54,914 nt of DNA. It comes from Chloroflexota bacterium. GTDB taxonomy: Bacteria > Chloroflexota > Anaerolineae > J102. Of the stretch, positions 9,605 through 19,250 are shown piece after piece. Location of the stretch: the NCBI GenBank assembly GCA_024224665.1, contig JAAENG010000424.1, positions 1 to 54,914 of the forward strand. Direction: 5' to 3'. Positions within the stretch are counted from its first letter, which is position 1. Each line of letters starts with the position of its first letter. The translations under genes were made by a program, and so were the position numbers. The notes beneath the pieces are model-generated. The model saw only the letters and a program-made list of their open reading frames with translations, was not told the origin of the DNA and searched no databases.

Positions 9605-9633
9605 TTGGAAAAAACGCTCATTAGTGCTATAAT
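9605..9633 (+). promoter_or_regulatory. Putative sigma-70 promoter of rpsO
   Basis: TTGGAA, 17-nt spacer, TATAAT. It lies about 115 nt upstream of the rpsO GTG. Confidence 0.55.
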
Positions 9634-9747
9634 CACCCACTGGGCCATAGTCTGTGCCCACCAGATAGGGTGTTCATCCATTCCAGCTGGGGCATTCGTC
9701 AAGGTATTCCAGCGGTGCTCCGGCCTCAAACAAAGGAGAAATCCTAA

Positions 9748-10017
9748 GTGACTCTTAGTGCTGTCCAGAAGCAGGCGATTATCGAGGAATACCACCTACA
9801 CACAAGTGATACAGGCTCCCCTGAAGTGCAGGTGGCCCTTCTGACCACACGTATCAATCAACTCATCGACCATCTCAAAACCCATAAGCACGACGAGCAT
9901 TCTCGCCGTGGGTTGCTGAAATTGGTCGGCTCGCGACGGCGACATCTCGCCTACCTTAAGCGCAAAGATGCGCAACGTTACCAAGAACTCATTCAGAGGC
10001 TTGGCTTACGCAAGTAG
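9748..10017 (+). CDS. rpsO: 30S ribosomal protein S15
   Basis: 89 aa with the diagnostic S15 sequence ([49 protein letters not shown]). GTG start after AAAGGAG. Confidence 0.95.
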   Translation: MTLSAVQKQAIIEEYHLHTSDTGSPEVQVALLTTRINQLIDHLKTHKHDEHSRRGLLKLVGSRRRHLAYLKRKDAQRYQELIQRLGLRK

Positions 10018-10035
10018 TTGACATTCAGCCAGTTC

Positions 10036-10078
10036 GGACGAGTAGATGGGAACCTATTCACCCATCTGCTCGTTTCAT
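10036..10078 (+). terminator. Hairpin downstream of rpsO (possible attenuating terminator or processing site)
   Basis: GACGAGTAGATGGG / CCCATCTGCTCGT stem with one mismatch. Only a weak T tract follows (TTTCATAT). Confidence 0.4.
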
Positions 10079-10334
10079 ATCTGGCTGATCTCATCCCGCT
10101 AGGGATGACTGACAACTAAATAGACCTAACCACTCAACTCACCACCAATCGCTCACCCGAAAGCCGCAATCCATCCGCAGTGCAGGGTGCAGGAATTGGA
10201 AAGTGCGCCTCACGTGTAAAATCGAACCTCTTGAGGCTCAGTTCCCAGTCCCTGACCTTGCTGAATCCTGAATTAGTGCTGATCAGCACCTGGTGATTGC
10301 TTCTGGTATGGGTGTGTCCAAATCAAGGAGTATC

Positions 10335-12548
10335 ATGACTTACCAGCAAACACACCGCTTCGAGACAATCGTAGGCGGTCAACCGATGTTGTTCGAAACC
10401 GGCGACCTGGCCAGACTGGCCGGCGGCGCCGTAACCATTTCTGTCGGTGGCGTCGTCCTCTTGGCCACCGCCACCACTTCTAAATCACCCCGTGAGGGCA
10501 TCGATTTCTTCCCACTTAGTGTGGATCTTGAGGAACGTATGTATGCCGTAGGTCGGGTACCTGGCGGCTTCTTCCGCCGGGAAGGGCGCCCTTCTACACA
10601 GGCAATTCTCACCGCCCGTCTCATAGATCGCCCTCTTCGACCACTCTTCCCCAAAGGTTACCGCAACGACGTCCAGGTGATCTGTACCGCCCTCAGCGCC
10701 GATGAAGAGAATCATCTGGATATCCTGGCAATCAACGCCGCATCTGCCGCACTGACCATCTCCAATATCCCCTTCGATGGTCCCATCGGCGCGGTACGCG
10801 TGGGCTATATCGACGGCGAATTCGTCATCAATCCCACCTTTGCCGACATGGAGAACAGCTTGCTTGACCTGCGCCTGGCAGGTACGTCCGATGGTATTCT
10901 CATGGTCGAATCGAGCGCCCAGGAATTGCCCGAAAGCGTTATGTTACAAGCGCTACAAATCGGCCACGAAGCTATGCAACCGATTATCGAACTACAAGAA
11001 CGCATGCGGGCCGAACTGGGGAAAGAGAAGATCGAAGTAGTGGTTGTGGCGCCCTCTGCCGAAGCCGTTGAAGCCGTGACGGCACTCGCGGCCGATCGTA
11101 TCGCTGGTGTAGCGGCTGAGAGCATGGATAAAGAGCAACGTAGCGCCGCGCTCGATGAAATCCGCACCGAGGTACTTGAAACGCTCGAGGAACAATACGA
11201 AGTTTGGGAAATAAAGGCTGTATTTGGCGACCTGTTTAAGAATGCCATTCGCAACCGCATCCTCGACAGTGGCATCCGCCCAGATGGCCGCGATACCAGT
11301 ACGATTCGCCCCATCTCCTGCGATGTGGCCGTGTTGCCGCGCACCCATGGCACCGGCCTCTTTACCCGTGGCGAGACCCAGGTGCTGACCATCGCCACCT
11401 TGGGAACCCCGCGCGATGCCCAGACCCTTGATAACCTCTCACCCGAGGAAAGCAAACGCTACATGCACCATTACAATTTCCCTGCCTTCTCGACCGGTGA
11501 AACCTGGCCCAACCGTGGTCCCAAACGCCGCGAGATCGGCCATGGCGCCCTGGCTGAGCGAGCGCTGGTTCCCGTGCTCCCCGATCAAGCTGAATTCCCC
11601 TACACCTTGCGCCTGGTTTCTGAATGCCTCGCCTCCAATGGTTCGACCTCTATGGCATCGGTCTGTGGCAGCACCCTGGCATTGATGGACGCGGGCGTTC
11701 CCATCACTTCGCCCGTAGCCGGTATCGCCATGGGCCTGATCAGTGAGGGTGATGTGACCCAACCTGACAGCCGCTACGTAGTGCTTTCAGACATTCAGGG
11801 CATGGAAGATCATCTCGGCGATATGGACTTCAAAGTTGCCGGCACCAAAGATGGTGTTACCGCCTTGCAGATGGATATCAAGATCAAAGGCTTGAGCTAC
11901 GATCTTCTGGGAAATGCGCTAACCCAGGCGAAAGATGGCCGTATGCATATCCTGGGCAAAATGATAGCTGCCATCGATACGCCGCGTGAGTCTTTATCCG
12001 ACTACGCTCCTCGCATCATCACTACCCAGATCGATCCCGAAAAGATCGGAAAGATCATCGGCCCGGGCGGCAAAACCATTCGCCGAATTCAGACAGACTA
12101 CGATGTGAAGATCGATATCGAAGAAGATGGCACCGTCTTTGTTGCCGGTGGCGCCAGCGCCGAGAAAGCGTTGGAAGAAATCGATCTGATGACGCGCGAA
12201 GCTGTAGTCGGCCAGATTTATACCGGTACAGTCAATCGGGTCGAGGCCTATGGCGCCTTTGTCGAGATCCTGCCCGGCACCGACGGCATGGTTCACATCT
12301 CGCAGTTGGCCGATTATCGTGTGAACAGTGTTGAAGATGTGGTCAAGGTCGGTGACGAGATCATGGTGATGGTGATCGACATCGATGGCGCTACACGCAA
12401 GATCAGGCTCAGCCGCCAGGCTGTACTCGAAGGCTGGACAGCCGAAGAAGCCATGGCGCGTGATCGACGCCCCTCCGGTGGTGGACGCCGTGGTGGTGGA
12501 AACCGTGACCGCGATAATCAATCACGCCGCCGCGATAATCGCCGCTAA
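10335..12548 (+). CDS. pnp: Polyribonucleotide nucleotidyltransferase (PNPase)
   Basis: Two RNase PH domains followed by KH and S1 domains (e.g. [29 protein letters not shown]; [16 protein letters not shown]; [20 protein letters not shown]). Arg/Gly-rich C-terminal tail. ATG 10335 follows AAGGAG. Confidence 0.95.
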   Translation: MTYQQTHRFETIVGGQPMLFETGDLARLAGGAVTISVGGVVLLATATTSKSPREGIDFFPLSVDLEERMYAVGRVPGGFFRREGRPSTQAILTARLIDRPLRPLFPKGYRNDVQVICTALSADEENHLDILAINAASAALTISNIPFDGPIGAVRVGYIDGEFVINPTFADMENSLLDLRLAGTSDGILMVESSAQELPESVMLQALQIGHEAMQPIIELQERMRAELGKEKIEVVVVAPSAEAVEAVTALAADRIAGVAAESMDKEQRSAALDEIRTEVLETLEEQYEVWEIKAVFGDLFKNAIRNRILDSGIRPDGRDTSTIRPISCDVAVLPRTHGTGLFTRGETQVLTIATLGTPRDAQTLDNLSPEESKRYMHHYNFPAFSTGETWPNRGPKRREIGHGALAERALVPVLPDQAEFPYTLRLVSECLASNGSTSMASVCGSTLALMDAGVPITSPVAGIAMGLISEGDVTQPDSRYVVLSDIQGMEDHLGDMDFKVAGTKDGVTALQMDIKIKGLSYDLLGNALTQAKDGRMHILGKMIAAIDTPRESLSDYAPRIITTQIDPEKIGKIIGPGGKTIRRIQTDYDVKIDIEEDGTVFVAGGASAEKALEEIDLMTREAVVGQIYTGTVNRVEAYGAFVEILPGTDGMVHISQLADYRVNSVEDVVKVGDEIMVMVIDIDGATRKIRLSRQAVLEGWTAEEAMARDRRPSGGGRRGGGNRDRDNQSRRRDNRR

Positions 12549-12672
12549 AGGTCGAGGACAGGTAACTGACTGACTTGCTCTGCAAAATGATGGCTAATAT
12601 CCGCAAATTATTGATTCTCAGCCCCAGGTATAGCGGATGTAAGGCTGTCGCTACGAACGTCATCTGCAAACC

Positions 12673-13332
12673 ATGAACGAATTCGAACCGGGTATCGAGC
12701 ATCTGGGTGAACCGGGTCCCTCATCCGAGGTGTCCGGCGATACCGAGACTCGATCTACATTCGATATAATGACGGATGGCCCTCTGGTGGTAGAAACACC
12801 CACCAGAGGGCAGGCTATTGGGTCGGGTGTGCGCGAGATCCTGGTGACGATTGTGCCGGCCCTGCTGATCGCTCTGCTGATACAGCTTTTTGTTGCTCAG
12901 GCGACGCGTGTCGAGAGCTACAGCATGGAACCAACCCTATTCGAAGAGAACCGGCTGATCATCGACAAGATCTCTTACCGTCTGCGTTTACCCGAAAGAG
13001 GCGAGATCGTCGTCCTCAATGCACCCGATGGAGGCGACATTCCCCTGATCAAACGCGTTGTTGGCCTGCCGGGAGAGACGATATCGATTCGTAACAGCCA
13101 GGTTTTTATCGATGACAATCCATTGGTCGAATCCTACTTACAGACGGTAACGCATGGCGAATTGCCACCAACGATTATCCCTGAAACGCACATCTTTGTT
13201 TTGGGCGATAACCGGGATCACTCTCGAGATTCTCGTTCATTTGGCGCAGTAGCCCTCGATGAATTGATCGGCCGGGCGTGGTTCCGTTACTGGCCTGTAG
13301 AGAAGATCGGATTCTTTCAATCTGTGCAATAA
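12673..13332 (+). CDS. lepB: Signal peptidase I (copy 1)
   Basis: SMEPTL (catalytic Ser box), IKRVVGLPGE (Lys box), GDNRDHSRDSRSFG. Confidence 0.85.
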   Translation: MNEFEPGIEHLGEPGPSSEVSGDTETRSTFDIMTDGPLVVETPTRGQAIGSGVREILVTIVPALLIALLIQLFVAQATRVESYSMEPTLFEENRLIIDKISYRLRLPERGEIVVLNAPDGGDIPLIKRVVGLPGETISIRNSQVFIDDNPLVESYLQTVTHGELPPTIIPETHIFVLGDNRDHSRDSRSFGAVALDELIGRAWFRYWPVEKIGFFQSVQ

Positions 13333-13438
13333 GGCATTTTCGGAAAATAAATAGGCATCCGATCCGAAAATGCCTCCAGCGACTTCCGAAAAAAGATAAA
13401 ATCTCCCTCAATTATTTTCGGAAGTCGCCTAACCGCAA
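13333..13438 (+). repeat. Two adjacent perfect hairpins sharing a TTCCGAAAA / TTTTCGGAA core
   Basis: GGCATTTTCGGA (13333-13344) pairs with TCCGAAAATGCC (13363-13374). GCGACTTCCGAAAA (13379-13392) pairs with TTTTCGGAAGTCGC (13425-13438). Confidence 0.5.
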
Positions 13439-13529
13439 CCTTTTTGGGATAGCCAGCGTTATAGCAACGCAGGCTATTTTGATTTGCGACCAAAAACCTG
13501 TATCCTAACGTCGTTGACAACACCTTATT

Positions 13530-14186
13530 ATGACACATTCAACGCAATCACGGCGGACGCTTCCGCCCGACGCCCGCATTATCCACCCCGACCAACAGCC
13601 TCAGCGCTACGACGGTGCTATGGCTGCCCAGCTTCCGCGTCCTCTCGCTCCGGTGCGCCCGGTGTCCTCTGGTCCCACTATGGGACAGACTCTACGAGAG
13701 TTAGTCGAGACGATTTTGCCGGCGGTTCTTATCGCTTTGCTTATCCATCTCTTTTTGGCTCAAGCAACGCGTGTCGAGGGCTATAGCATGGAACCCACCT
13801 TGTTTGGGCATCAGCGCTTGGTAATCGAGAAACTATCCTACCGCTTCCACTCTCCAGAGCGTGGTGATATCGTCGTTCTTCGCGCCCCCGGCTATGGTCA
13901 AGAGATGTTGATTAAGCGGGTTATTGGCTTGCCGGGTGATCAGATACGCGTGCAAGATGGTGAAGTGTATGTCAACAATGTATCCTTGGATGAGCCTTAC
14001 CTGAAAAGCTCGACGCGGGGGCAGGTTTCACAGACGCTGGTCCCCGAAGACTCTGTTTTCGTCATGGGAGACAATCGCAACAACTCCAATGATTCTCGGG
14101 CATTTGGCCCAGTGCTCTTTGAAGATATTGTAGGACGAGCTTGGGTTCGCTACTGGCCTGTCACCGATGTCGGTATGGTTGACTGA
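13530..14186 (+). CDS. lepB: Signal peptidase I (copy 2)
   Basis: SMEPTL, IKRVIGLPGD, GDNRNNSNDSRAFG. Clear paralog of copy 1. The start is uncertain; internal ATGs occur at 13620 and 13680. Confidence 0.85.
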   Translation: MTHSTQSRRTLPPDARIIHPDQQPQRYDGAMAAQLPRPLAPVRPVSSGPTMGQTLRELVETILPAVLIALLIHLFLAQATRVEGYSMEPTLFGHQRLVIEKLSYRFHSPERGDIVVLRAPGYGQEMLIKRVIGLPGDQIRVQDGEVYVNNVSLDEPYLKSSTRGQVSQTLVPEDSVFVMGDNRNNSNDSRAFGPVLFEDIVGRAWVRYWPVTDVGMVD

Positions 14187-14241
14187 CCGTTAGGGCGTCG
14201 GAGATAGATTCAGCAATTCGGTAATTCGTTGGGAATCGAAT

Positions 14242-16011
14242 ATGGATACCCGTTGGTCATCCACCACTAAACTCATCATACTGATTATCGTCCTGGTTTT
14301 TTCAGCCGCCGTGCTGGTCAGGCTGGAACAGGCGATTCTGCCTTTATTGCTGGCGTTTGTCCTGGCATACCTGCTGAAACCAGCGGCAGATTGGCTTATG
14401 AGACGAACGGGATGGCCGCGTGGATTTGCCATCATCGTCATTTACCTGATTATCCTTTTTTTGTTGATTTTGATGCCATTGGCAGTGACGCCAAGTGTGA
14501 TATCAGTCATCTCTAGCATCAACATCGATTTCGAGTCCCTAAACCCCCTTTTAGAGTCGCTCGATTCTGATATCCCGGTACTCGGTCCTATTGTCCTAAA
14601 TCTGGGCGAGGTGTTGCAACAATCCCTTCAAGGGCTCCAATCCTTTGTTACACCATTTGCCTCGGGCGCTGTTCAGGTCGTGGCCGGTGTTGCCACCAGT
14701 CTTTTTTGGGTCGTGTTTGTCTTTGTGGTGGTGTTCTGGCTGATCAAGGATAGCTACAAACTCGAGGGTTGGATCGTCAGCCACATCCCGCCTGCCTATC
14801 AAGGAGAGATATCGCTTCTCTTGTCCGAACTGGGTATGATTTGGGGGAGTTTCTTCAGGGGTGAGCTTGTGTTGGCTATCACGGTAGGGTTTATGGTTTG
14901 GATCAGCATGGCTGTTCTAGGTATCAATAATGCCCTTCTGCTTGCAATCATCTCTGGGTTAATGGAGTTCATACCCACGATTGGGCCGATTATCGCCGCG
15001 ATTCCTGCCATCTTGATCGCCTGGTTTACGGGGTCTAGTTGGCTGCCGCTCAGTCATTTTGTTGTCGTACTACTCGTCATTCTTGTTTATACTTTTATTT
15101 TTCAGCTCGAGCAACTCTATCTGTTACCGCGCATCGTAGGCAGGCGGGTGCGGTTACACCCTGGTGTTGTGTTCGTAGGAACCATTATCGCGGCAGTCGA
15201 GTTCGGCGTCTTAGGTGTGTTATTGGCGGCGCCGGTCATCGCCTCGGTACGCCTTTTTGGCAATTATGTCTACCGCAAAATGCTCGATCTCGAACCCTTC
15301 TCAACCCTGCCAGGCTCAGATCCTGTTGCCATCGAATGGCGAGGTATGATACGAGGCCAACCGATCGCCGCCATCTTCTTCGATCTCGACGGTACGATCA
15401 TCGATACCGACGATGATATGATCGAGCATGTCGCCGATAACATGGGTCTTTTGCGAAGGATTTTCCCCGGACGCAATCCGCGCCCCTTTCTCCGCCATCT
15501 ACTAATGCTGGGCGAAGGGCCTATCAATCGGGTCCTAACAACATTTGACCGCTTGGATATCGATGATGATCTATTTCGGTTGAACGACTGGATAAGGCGG
15601 GCATTGGGATTGAGTCGTTCTGACGCGATGACCCTGATTCCCGGGGTCGTGTCGACTTTAGATGAACTCAAGAAGTCTTACCGGCTGGCTGTTGTAACGA
15701 CACGGGGGCGCACAGTTGTTGACCGTTTCTTGGCAGATAGTGCTTTAGAGCACATGTTCGAAGTTGTAATTACACGTGATGATGTCCGACGCTTGAAACC
15801 CCATCCCGAGCCTGTATTGCGGGCGGTAGAATTGATGGGATTGGAGGCGGAACAGTGTGTCATGGTTGGTGATACCAGTGCCGATGTCCTGGCGGCGCGA
15901 GCGGCAGAAGTGCATGTCATAGCCGTTCTAAGTGGGTTTGGCCAGACCCAGGATTTAGAAGATGCTGACGTAATTCTCGAAACGACATCGGAACTGACCG
16001 ACTGGCTGTAG
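14242..16011 (+). CDS. Fusion protein: AI-2E/PerM (UPF0118) family transporter plus HAD-superfamily phosphatase (Gph-like)
   Basis: The N-terminal ~360 aa is multi-TM with AI-2E-like segments (MEFIPTIGPIIAAIP). The C-terminal ~220 aa carries HAD motifs: FFDLDGTIIDT, VVTTRGR, and K...MVGDTSADV. Confidence 0.75.
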   Translation: MDTRWSSTTKLIILIIVLVFSAAVLVRLEQAILPLLLAFVLAYLLKPAADWLMRRTGWPRGFAIIVIYLIILFLLILMPLAVTPSVISVISSINIDFESLNPLLESLDSDIPVLGPIVLNLGEVLQQSLQGLQSFVTPFASGAVQVVAGVATSLFWVVFVFVVVFWLIKDSYKLEGWIVSHIPPAYQGEISLLLSELGMIWGSFFRGELVLAITVGFMVWISMAVLGINNALLLAIISGLMEFIPTIGPIIAAIPAILIAWFTGSSWLPLSHFVVVLLVILVYTFIFQLEQLYLLPRIVGRRVRLHPGVVFVGTIIAAVEFGVLGVLLAAPVIASVRLFGNYVYRKMLDLEPFSTLPGSDPVAIEWRGMIRGQPIAAIFFDLDGTIIDTDDDMIEHVADNMGLLRRIFPGRNPRPFLRHLLMLGEGPINRVLTTFDRLDIDDDLFRLNDWIRRALGLSRSDAMTLIPGVVSTLDELKKSYRLAVVTTRGRTVVDRFLADSALEHMFEVVITRDDVRRLKPHPEPVLRAVELMGLEAEQCVMVGDTSADVLAARAAEVHVIAVLSGFGQTQDLEDADVILETTSELTDWL

Positions 16012-16058
16012 CTCTTTTCGCCTACTACAAACCAACGGGTTCCTTCTGCGGCGATGAA

Positions 16059-16907
16059 CTAACCCACATGCACACCGAGCCACACGTTATCGATCAACCT
16101 CGCTCGGCCAACCTGTACTGCTATAGACACCAGCACCGGCGCCGAAATCTGGCCTTCGATCTCGTGTAGAGTTTCCAGATCGGCGATGCTCACGTACTCT
16201 GGATGTGCCACAGGCTCTGCCGCCAGTTTGTCTGTTATCAGGGCGCGCAACTTGGAGGCGTCACGTTCGCCCGCCTTGTAAGTAGTGCCGGCGGTGGTCA
16301 ACGCTTCAAATAGCACAGCCGCTCGCTCCCTTTCGTTTGCTGTTAGGTAACTATTGCGAGAACTCATAGCCAGACCATGGCCTTCACGAATCGTCGGGCA
16401 GATCACCAGGTCGATATTAAAATGTAGGTCGGATATAAGACGCCGTAAGAGAATCGCTTGCTGGGCATCTTTTTGTCCGAAGTACGCTCGGGATGGGCGT
16501 GTAAGATTGAAGAGTTTGGCAACAATGGTGGCGACACCACGGAAATGGCCGGGACGCCGAGCACCCTCGAGTACCCCAGATAACTCGGCCAACTCGATCC
16601 AGGTTTGATATCCGCTGGGATATAATTCATCCGGCGAAGGCACAAAAACCATGTCGACACCTTCGGCGCGCAGCAGGTCCAGGTCTCGGGACAGATCGCG
16701 CGGGTAGCTGTCTAGATCTTCCTCCGGCCCGAACTGGCTGGGGTTGACGAAAATCGTGACAATTGCGATCTTGTTTTCTGCCCGGGCGCGCCGAACCAAA
16801 GAGAGATGCCCTTCGTGTAGATATCCCATGGTGGGCGCCAGTCCGATGGTGTCGGCCAGATCGCTGCGAGTGCTAAACATCTCGCTTGTGGTGGTGATAA
16901 CTTTCAT
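16059..16907 (-). CDS. panC: Pantoate--beta-alanine ligase
   Basis: PTMGYLHEGHLSLV, FVNPSQF and FGQKDAQQ motifs. Confidence 0.9.
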   Translation of the reverse strand: MKVITTTSEMFSTRSDLADTIGLAPTMGYLHEGHLSLVRRARAENKIAIVTIFVNPSQFGPEEDLDSYPRDLSRDLDLLRAEGVDMVFVPSPDELYPSGYQTWIELAELSGVLEGARRPGHFRGVATIVAKLFNLTRPSRAYFGQKDAQQAILLRRLISDLHFNIDLVICPTIREGHGLAMSSRNSYLTANERERAAVLFEALTTAGTTYKAGERDASKLRALITDKLAAEPVAHPEYVSIADLETLHEIEGQISAPVLVSIAVQVGRARLIDNVWLGVHVG

Positions 16908-16924
16908 TGTATTAGTAACTTTAC

Positions 16925-17872
16925 CTATTCTGCCAATGCGGGGCGTAACGCACTCGGGTTTAGTTGATCTACACTGATTTTAGACTGACTGTAGTGATCC
17001 TGATTTTCAGAGTTCGTTGTACCCTGAGCTGCAAGCGCCGGCATCGGCGCATACAGTGCCGCCAGGTCGGTAGAGAGATGGGGGGCGTGTTCTGAAGTAG
17101 GAAACTCGTGGGCTCGAACATCATCGCAATACTGGCCGACCGCCTCCTGAATAGCGTGGCCCAGTTCGGCATAACGTCGGGCGTGTTTCGGCTGGAAAGA
17201 CTCGAAAAGGCCGAGGATATCATGCAGCACCTGCACCTGGCCATCGCAATAAGGTCCGGCTCCAATACCAATGGTGGGGATCGATAGTTCGGCTGTCAAC
17301 ACCGCCGCCAGTTCCGCGGGGATAAGTTCCAGCACGATGGCAAAGGCCCCGGCCTCAGCGAGTGAATGTGCATCGACCCGCAGTTTTTCCGCCTCCCCAC
17401 TCGTTCGTCCCTGGGCGCGCCAGCCACCTAACTGATTCACACTCTGTGGTGTCAGACCGATATGGCCCATGACGGGGATACCCACTTGCACGATTCGGCG
17501 TACGGTCTCTGCCATGTGGGCGCCACCCTCCAGCTTCACGGCCTGTGCTCCGGTTTCTTGCATAACCCGGCCAGCGTTTTCCAGCGCCTGTTGAACCGAT
17601 ATCTGGTAAGTCATGAAAGGAAGATCGGCTACGATGAAGGTGTCTGGAGCACCGCGCACAACCGCGCGCGTGTGGTAAATCATCTCCTCCAGCGTGACAG
17701 GCAATGTGGTCTTATGGCCCTGGATGACCATGCCCAGACTGTCACCAACGAGCAGCATATCGACACCCGCTCTGGCGGAGAGCTGCGCAGAGATATAGTC
17801 ATAGGCAGTGAGCATAACGATGGGCTCACCCTGCTCCTTCTTTTGTTGGATATGGCGAATGGTGGTTTTCAT
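16925..17872 (-). CDS. panB: 3-methyl-2-oxobutanoate hydroxymethyltransferase
   Basis: MLTAYDY, LVGDSLGMV, VKLEGG, GHIGLTPQS. It has a ~45-aa C-terminal extension. Confidence 0.9.
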   Translation of the reverse strand: MKTTIRHIQQKKEQGEPIVMLTAYDYISAQLSARAGVDMLLVGDSLGMVIQGHKTTLPVTLEEMIYHTRAVVRGAPDTFIVADLPFMTYQISVQQALENAGRVMQETGAQAVKLEGGAHMAETVRRIVQVGIPVMGHIGLTPQSVNQLGGWRAQGRTSGEAEKLRVDAHSLAEAGAFAIVLELIPAELAAVLTAELSIPTIGIGAGPYCDGQVQVLHDILGLFESFQPKHARRYAELGHAIQEAVGQYCDDVRAHEFPTSEHAPHLSTDLAALYAPMPALAAQGTTNSENQDHYSQSKISVDQLNPSALRPALAE

Positions 17873-18834
17873 GGTTGACTCCTAACGAAGTCAGAGGATT
17901 GGGAACAAAAATGAGCGTTCGCATCATCTGACGTCATGGATGAGAAGCTATCAGACATTGCTTCAAGTGTCTGGTCTGATAGCTTGTTTTGAGCCGCAGA
18001 AATGGGTACTGTGGCACGCCCTAGCCGGTTGTAGAGATCTAGAGCATCCTGGTTTTGGCCGGCGAGATGCCGCTGATGTGCACGAATCGTTCCGAGATCA
18101 CCACGGCTGATCGGTCCGGTAAGTGCGTAGGGCAGACCTGGTGAGGCCAGGTTTGTGATAGCCCCCTGCGTCAAGGGTAACAACGCCTGCACAGCCTGGT
18201 CAGACGAAATGCCCAGGTCAACGAAAATGTCGACTGCCTGCGCAAAACAGGTGACCATATAGTTACTTGCATACACCGCGGCCGCATGATAGAGGGCTTT
18301 ATCAGCATCTGGAATTATCAGAGGCCTACCATCAAGGGCAACAACCAGGTCATGCAGGACGGGGAGCAGATCTGGATGGCCACTGATGCCGAAATAAGTA
18401 CCGGGTAAAGAACGGATCGCGGTTTCGGCATCAGTCAAGGCTTGCAACGGATGCATCGTGCCCGTGAAGGCGCCTGCTTTGGCGGCATGTTGCAGCACAT
18501 CTGTACCGTGCAATCCCGAATGGTGGACTACACCCGACCCCGCTTGCCAGTACCCGGCCCCCGTACTGTCGATTTCTGCGATGATGTCATCCGGCACGGC
18601 GATCAGGATGAGATCGGCGCTTCGAGCTAAACTGCGAACGTCCGGCAGGATAGCGGCGTCGGTTTCTGTCCGGATAGCCTGGCCGCGTTCGGGAGATCGT
18701 GTGTAGATCGCTTTGATCGTATAGCCGGCACGATAGGCGCTCAGAGCAAGTGTGTTACCCACACGCCCGGCGCCGATGACGGCTAGAGTGGGAAGAGAGC
18801 GGCTGTTTCGAGCCCCTGAAGATGTTTCATGCAT
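17869..18834 (-). CDS. Rossmann-fold / DUF2520-like oxidoreductase; candidate ketopantoate reductase (PanG-like) by context
   Basis: N-terminal LAVIGAGRVGNTLA dinucleotide-binding motif. ATGA overlap with panB. The functional assignment is inferred from the operon context only. Confidence 0.55.
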   Translation of the reverse strand: MHETSSGARNSRSLPTLAVIGAGRVGNTLALSAYRAGYTIKAIYTRSPERGQAIRTETDAAILPDVRSLARSADLILIAVPDDIIAEIDSTGAGYWQAGSGVVHHSGLHGTDVLQHAAKAGAFTGTMHPLQALTDAETAIRSLPGTYFGISGHPDLLPVLHDLVVALDGRPLIIPDADKALYHAAAVYASNYMVTCFAQAVDIFVDLGISSDQAVQALLPLTQGAITNLASPGLPYALTGPISRGDLGTIRAHQRHLAGQNQDALDLYNRLGRATVPISAAQNKLSDQTLEAMSDSFSSMTSDDANAHFCSQSSDFVRSQP

Positions 18835-18885
18835 GGAAAGTGGTGTGCGCTGATTGTGCTATTTCGGATAGTCAATGTGATTTCG

Positions 18886-18920
18886 ACAAAAAAAACCACA
18901 GGCGCGCAGACCCGTGGTTT
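18886..18920 (-). terminator. Intrinsic terminator-like hairpin plus T tract on the minus strand, with no assigned upstream gene
   Basis: Minus strand reads AACCACGGG-TCTGCGCG-CCTGTGGTT followed by TTTTTTTGTC. It sits just upstream of the pan operon start. Confidence 0.5.
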
Positions 18921-19220
18921 GGTGGTAATGTACATATTCGCCGTCTCGGTCTGCAGAGATCCGAGCGAACTGATTGCATTTGAGTTTAGAATAGCTTGCT
19001 GCCGGTTAAGGTCAGCGGCAATTACAATATAGCAGATACCAATGCGGATTTCAAGTAGGGAAGCTGACAGCCAACTACTCCAATTTGGGTCGACTTGAGA
19101 GAACAACGCATGCGAGTCAAGCCGATTTAGATCACACATACCCATCGGGCACACCTTATCCAACGCTGCATGCGTTGCCTCGGTTCATAGTAGCGATTGC
19201 TAGCTGATAGCGAACGGGTT

Positions 19221-19250
19221 TTGTAATATTATGCAAAGTTATGATATTAT
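19221..19250 (+). promoter_or_regulatory. Putative promoter of xerD
   Basis: TTGTAA, 18-nt spacer, TATTAT. It lies about 55 nt upstream of the ATG. Confidence 0.35.

Noticed and set aside
9349-9795. 148-aa minus-strand ORF spanning the rpsO promoter region.
   Set aside because: It overlaps the rpsO start and promoter and reads through a terminator-like hairpin. It shows no recognisable domain or ribosome-binding site.
10805-11455. Long antisense ORFs inside well-supported genes. Examples: 10805-11455 opposite pnp, 41157-41666 and 42940-43446 opposite the 1116-aa gene, 45324-45908 opposite the EEP gene, 46749-47309 opposite SURF1, and 8297-8824 opposite lacI.
   Set aside because: Their translations are low-complexity and Arg/Ser/Pro-rich, with no motifs. 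They fully overlap genes with strong family signatures. This is the usual pattern of shadow ORFs in moderately GC-rich DNA.
18783-19163. 126-aa minus-strand ORF upstream of the pan operon.
   Set aside because: It reads through the hairpin and T tract and into the DUF2520 gene start. Its composition is not protein-like. The region is treated as non-coding or a candidate RNA instead.
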